This document shows, piece after piece, positions 56,301 to 64,000 of a stretch of DNA of 64,000 nt. A program made the position numbers and the translations under genes. This DNA comes from the human T2T-CHM13v2.0 reference genome, Homo sapiens: the NCBI RefSeq assembly GCF_009914755.1, contig NC_060938.1, one strand, 5' to 3'. The number at the start of each line of letters is the position of its first letter. Positions within the stretch are counted from its first letter, which is position 1. The notes under the pieces are model-generated. The model was not told the DNA's origin and made no database searches. It worked only from the letters and a program-made list of their open reading frames with translations.

Positions 56301-59300
56301 AATACATTCCATTCGAGACCATTCCTTTGGAATCCATTCTATTTGAGTCCTTTCCATACGAATCCATTACATTTGGGTCCAGTCCATTCCATTCCCTTCC
56401 ATTCCATTCCATTCTATTCTATTCCATTTGAGTCCATTCCTTTCTAGTCCATTCCACTCCATTCCTTTCGAGTCCATTCCACTGCATTCCATTCGAGTCC
56501 ATTCCATTCTATTCTATTCCATTCGATTCCATTCCATTTGTTTCCATTCCACTCGATTCCACTCCTTTCCATTACATTGCATTCCATTCTACTCCATTCC
56601 ATTCCATTCCGTTTGCTTACATTCCATTCGATTCCTTTCCATTCTAATCAATTACATTGCAATCCATTACATTCAAGTCCATTCTATTCGAGTCCATACC
56701 ATTCCAGTCCATTCCATTCGATTCCATTCCACCGGTTCCATTCCATACTGTTGCATTCCTTTCAATTCCATTCTATTCGAATAAATTCCATTCAAGACCA
56801 TTCCTTTCAAGTCCATTCTATTTGAGTCCATTCCATTCGATTCCATTAAATTTGGGTCCATTTCATTTCATTCCATTCCATTTCATTCAATGTCATTCCA
56901 TTGCTTTCTATACCATTCAAGTCCAGTCCATTCGAGTCCATTCCATTTGATGCCATTCCATTCCATTCTATACCATTCGAGTCCATTCCATTCCATTCCA
57001 TTCCATTCCATTAAATTCCTTTCAATGCCATTCCATTTGATTCTATTCTATTTGAATCCATTCAGTTCGAGCCCATTCCATTCCATTCCATTCAATGCCA
57101 TTCCATTTGATTCTATTCTATTCAACTCCACTCCATTTAATTCCATTCCATCCGATTCCATTCCATTCTATTCCCTTCTGTTCCATTCCATTGCATTCCA
57201 TTCGTTTCAATTCCATTCGAGTCCATTCCACACCAGTCCATTCCATTCGAGTGCATTCCTTTCCAGTGCATTCCATTCGAGTCCATTCTATTACATTCCA
57301 CTCCATTCCATTCGATATCTTTCCATTACACTCCATTGCATTCTACTCCTTTTGATTCAGTTCAATTCCATTCCAATCGGTTCCATTCCATTCAACTCCA
57401 TTCCATTCGAGTCTATTCCATTGCATTCCATTCCATTCCTTTCCGTTCGATTCCAATCAGTTTGATTCCATTTTTTTCCAGTCCATACCATTCGAATCGA
57501 TTCCATTCCAGTCCTTTCCAATCGATTCCATTCCATTCGATTCCATTCCACTCGATTACACTCCGTTCCATTCCATTGCATTCCATTCCATTCCAGTTGA
57601 TTATATTCCATTCGATTCCAAGGCATTCGAAGCAATTACATATAAATCCATTACATGTGAGTCCATTCTATTCCAGTCAATTCCATTCTGGTCCATTCCA
57701 TTCGAATCCATTCCATACTATTTCATTCTTTTTGTTTCCATTCAAGTCGAATAAATTCCATTCGAGACCATTCCTTTTGAGTCCATTCTATTTGTGTCCA
57801 TTCCGTTCGAGTCCATTACATTTGGGTCCATTCCATTCCTTTCCATTCCATTCGATGCCATTCCATTCGATACTATTTCATTAGAGTCCATTCATTTCGA
57901 GTCCATTCCATTCTATTCCATTCCATTCCAATCGATGCCATTCCATTGGATTCTATTCCATTTGACTCCATTCCATTCAATTCTGTTCCATCCACTTCCA
58001 TTCCATTCTATTGCTTTCCATTCCATTCCATACCATTCCATTGAATTCTTTTCCCCTCGATTCCACTCCGCTCCTTTCCATTGCATTCCATTCTATTCCA
58101 TTCCTTTGCATACCATTCCATTCTATTTGATTACATTCCATTCGATTCCTTTCCATTCAAATCAATTGCATTGCAATCCATTATATTCGAGTCTGTTCTA
58201 TTACCGTGCATTCCATTCTGCTGCATTCTATTCAATTCCATTCCATACTATTGCATTACATTCGATTCCATTCTATACCAATAAATTCCATTCCAGAGCA
58301 TTCTTTTCGTGTCCATTCTATTTTAGTTTATTCCACTCGAGTCCATTATGTTTGGGTCTATTCCATTGTATTCCATTCCATTCCATTCCATTCGAAGCCA
58401 TTCCATTCGATTCTATTCCATTCGTGTAAATTCGATTCAATTTGATTCCATTCCATTCCATTCCCTTCCATTTGATGCCATTCCGTTTGATTCTAATCCA
58501 TTCAACTCCATTCCATTCCATTCCCTTCCATCCGATTTCATTACATTCTATTGCTTTCCATTCCATTCCATTGCAATTGTTTCCATTCAATTCGAGTCCA
58601 TTCAACTCCAGTCCATTCTATCCGACTCCATTCCATTCCAGTCCATTTCATTCGAGTCCATTCCATTCCATTCCATTCCATTCCATTCGGTATCTTTCCA
58701 TTACAATCCATTCCATTCTATTCTTTTCGAATCTATTCAATTCCATTACATGAGATTCCATTCCATTCTATTCAATTCGATTTGACTCCATTTCCTTTGA
58801 GACCATTCCATTCCATTCCGTTCCGTTCCATTGCAGTCCGTTCGTTTCCATTTTGTTCCAGTACATTCCATTCAAGTCCATTCCTTTCCATTCCATTCCA
58901 TTCCATTCCATTCCATTCCATTCCACTCGATTCCACTCCATTCCATTCCATTGAATTCCATTCTATTCCATTCCACTGTGCTGCATTCCTTTCCTTTTGA
59001 TTACATTCAATTCGATTCCATTCCATTTGAATCATTTACTTTGCAATCCATTACGTTCGAGTTCGTTCTATTACAGTCCATTCCATTCCAGTCCATTTGA
59101 TTCGATTTGATTCGATTCCATTCCATTCCATACTATTGCATTCCATTTGATTCCAATGTATTCGAATAAATTCCATTCGAGACCATTGCTTTAGAGTCCA
59201 TTCTATTTGAGTCCATTCCATTCGAGTCCATTACATTTGGTTCCATTTCATTCCATTCAATTCCATTCCATTCCATTCCATTCCATTCCATTCCATTCCA

Positions 59301-62300
59301 TTCCATTCCATTCCATTCGAAGCCATTCCATACGATTCTGTTCCATTGGAGTCCTTTCCATTCGAATCCATTCCATTCCATTCCATTCGATGCCATTCCA
59401 CTGGAATCTATTCCATTCCACTCCATTCCATTCCATTCCACTCCATTGAATTCCATTCCATTATATTCCTTTCCATTCCTTTCCATGCCATTTGTTTCCA
59501 TTTTATTTGATTCATTTCTTCTCCAGTCCATTCCGTTCGAGTCCATTCCATTCCAGTCCAATCCATTCGAGTCCATTCCTTTAGAGTCCATTCTATTCCA
59601 ATCCATTCTATTCGAGTCCATTTTATTCCATTCCATTCCATTTGATATCTTTCTGTTACAATCCATTCCATTCTATTCCTTTCTATTCTATTCAATTCCA
59701 TTCCATTCGATTCCATTCCATTCAATTCCGTTCCTTTGGAATCGATTCCATTCAAGTCCATTCCATTCCATTCCATTCGATACCCTTCCATTACACACCA
59801 TTGCATTCTATTCCATTCTAATTTATTCAATTCCATTCCATTTGATTTCATTCCATTCGGTTCCATTCAATTAGACTCTATTCTAATCTAGTCCATTCCA
59901 TTCCATTCCGTTCCATACGATTGCAATCCGTTCGTTTCCATTTTGTTCCAGTCCATTCCATTCGAGTCCATTCCATTCCAGTCCATTGCATTCCATTCCA
60001 TTCCATTCGATGCCATGCCATTCGATTCTCTTCCATTCGAATACAATCCATTAGAGTCCATTCCATTCCATTCCATTCCATTCCATTCCATTCCATTCCA
60101 CTCCATTCATTGCCAATCCATTCAATTCTATTGAATTTGAATCCATTCCATTCCATTGTGTTCCATCCGATTCCATTCCATTCTATTCCTTTCCAATCCA
60201 TTCCATTCCATTCGTTTCCATTCAATTTGACTGCATTCCACTCCAGTCCATACCATTCGAGTCTATTCCATTCCAGTCCATTCCATTCGACCCCATTCTA
60301 TTCCATTCTATTCCATTTGATATCTTTCCATTATTCTCCATTCCATTCTCTTCTTTTCGATTCCATTCAATTCCATTCCATTCGATTCCATTCCATTCGA
60401 TTCCATTCATTTCGACTCCATTCCATTCGAGTGCATTCCATTCCATACCATTACGTTCCGTTCCGTTTGATTCCAATCCGTTCCATTCCATTTTGTTCCA
60501 GTCCATTCCATTCGAGTCCATTCCATTCCAGTCCATTCCACTCCATTCCACTCCATTCCATTCTATTACATTGCATTCTATTACATTCCATTGCATTCCA
60601 TTCCTTTTCATTTGATTACATTCCATTCGATTCCTTTACTTTCAAATCAATTACATTGCAATCCATTTCATTCAAGTCAGTCCTATTCCAGTCCATTCTA
60701 TTCCTGTCCCTTCCATTTGATTCTATTCCATTCGATTCCATTACATACTATTGCATTTCATTTGATTAAATTCCATATGAATAAATTCCATTCGAGACCA
60801 ATCCTTTCGAATCCATTCTATTTGTGTCCATTCCATATGAGTCCATTACATTTGGGTCCATTCCATTCCATTCCATTCCATTCCATTCCATTCCATTCCA
60901 TTCCATTCCATTCTATTCCATTCGAGTCTATTTCTTTCGAGTCCATTCCATTCCATTCCATTCGAGTCCATTCCATTCTATTCTATTCCACTCAATTCCA
61001 TTCCATTCGATTCCATTCCATTTGATCCCATTCCACTCGATTCCACTCTGTTCCATTCCATTGCATTCCATTCCACTCCATTCCATTGCATTCCATTCAA
61101 CTCCATTCCATTTTATTCCATTGCATTCCATTTCATTCCATTCCACTCCATTCCATTGCATTCCATTCCACTCCATTCCGTTTCATTCCATTCCATTCCA
61201 TTTGCTTACATTCCATTCGATTCCTTTCCATTCAAATCAATTACATTGCAATCCATTACATTCGAGTCCATTCTATTCCAGTCCATATCATTCCAGTCCA
61301 TTCCATTCGATTCTATTCCATTGATTCCATTCCATACTATTGCATTCTATTCAATTCCATTCTATTCGAATAAATTCCATTCGTGACCATTCCTTTCGAG
61401 TCCATTCTATTTGAGTCCATTCCATTCGAGTCCTTTAAATTTGGGTCCATTCCATTCCATTCCATTTCATTCCATTCGATGCCATTCTTTTAGTTTCTAT
61501 ACCATTCGAGTCCAGTCTATTCGAGTCCATTCCACTCCATTGCATTCCATTCCATTCCATTCCATTCCATTCCATTCCATTCCATTCAATGCCATTCCTT
61601 TGGAATCCATTCTATTCATGTCCATTCATTTCGAGCCCATTCCATTCCATTCCATTCCATTCGATGCCATTCCATTCGACTCTATTCTCTTTGACTCCAC
61701 TCCATTCAATTCCATTCAATCAGACTCCATTCCATTCTATTCCCTTCTGATCCACTCCATTGCATTCCATTCGTTTCAATTTTCGAGTCCATTCAACACC
61801 AGTCCATTCCATTCAAGTGCATTCCTTTCCAGTCCATTCCATTTGAATCCATTCTATTCCATTCCACTCCATTTAATTTGATATCTTTCCATTACACTCC
61901 ATTCCATTCTATTCCTTTTGATTTAGTTCATTTCCATTCTATTAGATTCAATTCCATTCAATTGCATTCCATTCGACTCCATTCCATTCTTGTCCATTCC
62001 ATTGCTTTCCGTTCGATTCCAGTCAGTTCGATTCCATTTTGTACAAGTCCATTCCATTCGAATCCATTCCATTCCAGTCCATTCCTATTGATACCATTCC
62101 ATTCGATTCCATTCCATTCGATTCCATTCCACTCGATTACACTCCATTCCATTCCATTGTATTCCATTCTATTCCATTCCTTTTAATTCCTTTCCATTCC
62201 ATTTTATTACATTCCATTAGATTGCATTCGTTTCGAATCAATTACATTGCAGTCCATTACATTTGAGTCAGTTCTATTCCAGTCCATTCCATTCCGGTCT

Positions 62301-64000
62301 ATTCCATTCGATTCCTTTCCATTCGATTCCATCCCATACTATTACATTCCATTCGATTCCAGTCTATTCGAATAAATTCTATTCGAGAAAATTCCTTTTG
62401 AGTCCATTCTATTTGACTCCATTTCATTTGAGTTCATTACATTTGGGACCTTCCATTCCATTCCATTCCATTCCATTCGATGCCATTCCATTCCATTCTT
62501 TTCCATTCGAGTCCATTCCATTCGGGTGCATTCCATTCCATTCACTTCCATTCCATTCCATTCCATGCCATTCCATTCGATTCTATTCCTTTCAACTCCA
62601 TTCCATTCTATTTTGTTCCATCCGATTCCATTCCATTGTATTCCATTCCAATCCAATCCATTCCATTCCACTTGATTCCACTCTATTCCATTTTATTGCA
62701 TTTCATTCTATTCCATTGCCATTCCATTCAATTCTACTCCATGCGAGTCCATTCCATTCGAGTCCATTGCGTTCCATTCCATTCGATTGCATTCCATATG
62801 ATTCTGTTCCTTTCGACTCCATTCCAATCCACTCTGTTCCTTCTGATTCCATTCCATTCTTTTCCTTTCCATTCCAATCAATTCCGTTCCATTCGTTTCC
62901 TTTCCGTTCGAGACCATTTCCCTGTGGTCCATACCATTCAGGTCTATTCCATTCGAGTCCATTCCTTTCCATTCCATTCCATTCTATATCTTGCCATTAC
63001 ACTCCCTTCCGTTCCATTCCCTTTGATGCCATTCCATCCTATTCTATTCCATTCGAGTTCATTCCTTTCGAGTCCATTCCATTCCACTCCATTCGATGCC
63101 ATTCCTTTTAACTCCTCTCCATTCGTCTCCATTCCATTCCATTTAGTTCTTTCCGATTCCATTCCATTCTATTCCATTCCATTCTTTTCCCTTCCATTCG
63201 AGTCCATTCCACTGCAGTCCATTTCTTTCGAGTCCATTCCATTCCATTCTATTCCATTCGTGTCCATTCCATTGCATTCGATATCTTTCCATTACACTCC
63301 ATTAAATTCTATCCTTTCGATTCCATTCAATTCCATTCCATTCGATTCCATTCCATTGAATTCCCTTCCATTCGACTGCATTCCATTCGAGGCCATTGTA
63401 TTCCGTTTCATTTGATTCCATTCCATTTGATTCCATTTTTTTCCAGTCCATTCCTTTCAAGTCCATTCCATTCCAGTCTATTCCAATCGATTCCAATCGA
63501 TTCGATATCATTCCTTTTGATTCAATTCCACTCGATTTCACTCCGTTCCATTCCATTGCATTCCATTCTGTACCATTCCTTTGCATTCCATTCCATTCCA
63601 TTTGATTACATTCCATTCGATTCCATTCCATTCGAATCAATTATATTGTAATGCAAGGCATTCAGGTCCGTTCTATTCCAGTCCATTCCATTATGGTCCA
63701 TTCCATTCGATTCCATTTCATATTATTGCATTCCCTTCGATTCCATTCTATTCGAATAAATTCCATTCGAGACCATTCCTTTCAAGTCCATTATATTTGA
63801 GTCCATTCCATTTGAGTCCATTACATTTGGGTCCATTCCATTCCATTCCATTACTTTCGATGCCATACAATTCGATTCTATTCCATTCGAGGACATTGCA
63901 TTCGAGTCCAATTAATTTTAATCCATTCCATTCCATTCCATTCCATTTGATGCCATTCCAATTGATTGTATTCCATTCGACTCCTTTCCATTCCATTCCA
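53301..64000 (+). repeat. Human Satellite 3 array, domain 2: (CATTC)n rich in CATTCGAGTC/CATTCGATTC, no Alu fragments; runs off the window end
   Basis: Few CACTC, many GAGTC/GATTC; landmark GAATAAATTCCATTCGAGACCATTCCTTTCGAGTCCATTCTATTTG (or variants) at ~55508, 56300, 56779, 57749, 58279, 59164, 60779, 61368, 62370, 63754. Confidence 0.95.

Noticed and set aside
30576-63996. Many long ORFs (up to 458 aa) of IPFHS/STPLH or MEWNG repeats, some with the recurring peptide [24 protein letters not shown]
   Set aside because: (CATTC)n and (CACTC)n lack stop codons in all frames. The recurring peptide is the translated antisense Alu fragment. There is no promoter, codon or domain evidence.
53301-64000. 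Calling domain 2 HSat2 (HSATII)
   Set aside because: CATTCGATTC occurs, but runs of CATTCCATTC dominate and the regular HSat2 GATGATTCC-type ~23-26-bp unit is not seen. HSat3 fits better.

Overview
Human non-coding DNA crossing the boundary between a repeat-rich flank and a classical satellite block, as expected in a pericentromeric or acrocentric short-arm region. It is called human because it carries a near-perfect AluYb8-lineage insertion; the chromosome cannot be assigned from sequence alone. Bases 1 to ~30,612 are an old mosaic of transposable elements: AluJ/S/Y, degraded L1 and L2, MaLR/ERV solo LTRs, and Tigger2a, MER30B and MER20 DNA transposons. This part also holds a ~1.15-kb (CATTT)n tract, a CpG-rich 22-bp GGCGGCGGGGGCAAAAAGCC minisatellite, and possible exon remnants of an unidentified duplicated transcript. 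Bases ~30,613 to 64,000 are Human Satellite 3, (CATTC)n on the + strand, in two domains. Domain 1 (~30.6-53.3 kb) is rich in CACTC and built from a composite monomer, usually 0.5-1.1 kb, that carries the same ~55-bp antisense AluJ-like fragment. I counted 29 copies by eye, arranged in nested ~2.05, ~3.6 and ~7.5-kb duplications. Domain 2 (~53.3-64 kb) lacks the Alu fragment, is rich in CATTCGAGTC/CATTCGATTC, and has its own landmark motif and a ~4.5-kb duplication. No protein-coding gene is supported; all long ORFs are satellite or low-complexity artefacts. I find no convincing new gene system. The most unusual structure is the Alu-carrying satellite monomer, which also creates an array of consensus 3' splice acceptors. 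All family calls and coordinates were read by eye and need RepeatMasker or alignment confirmation.
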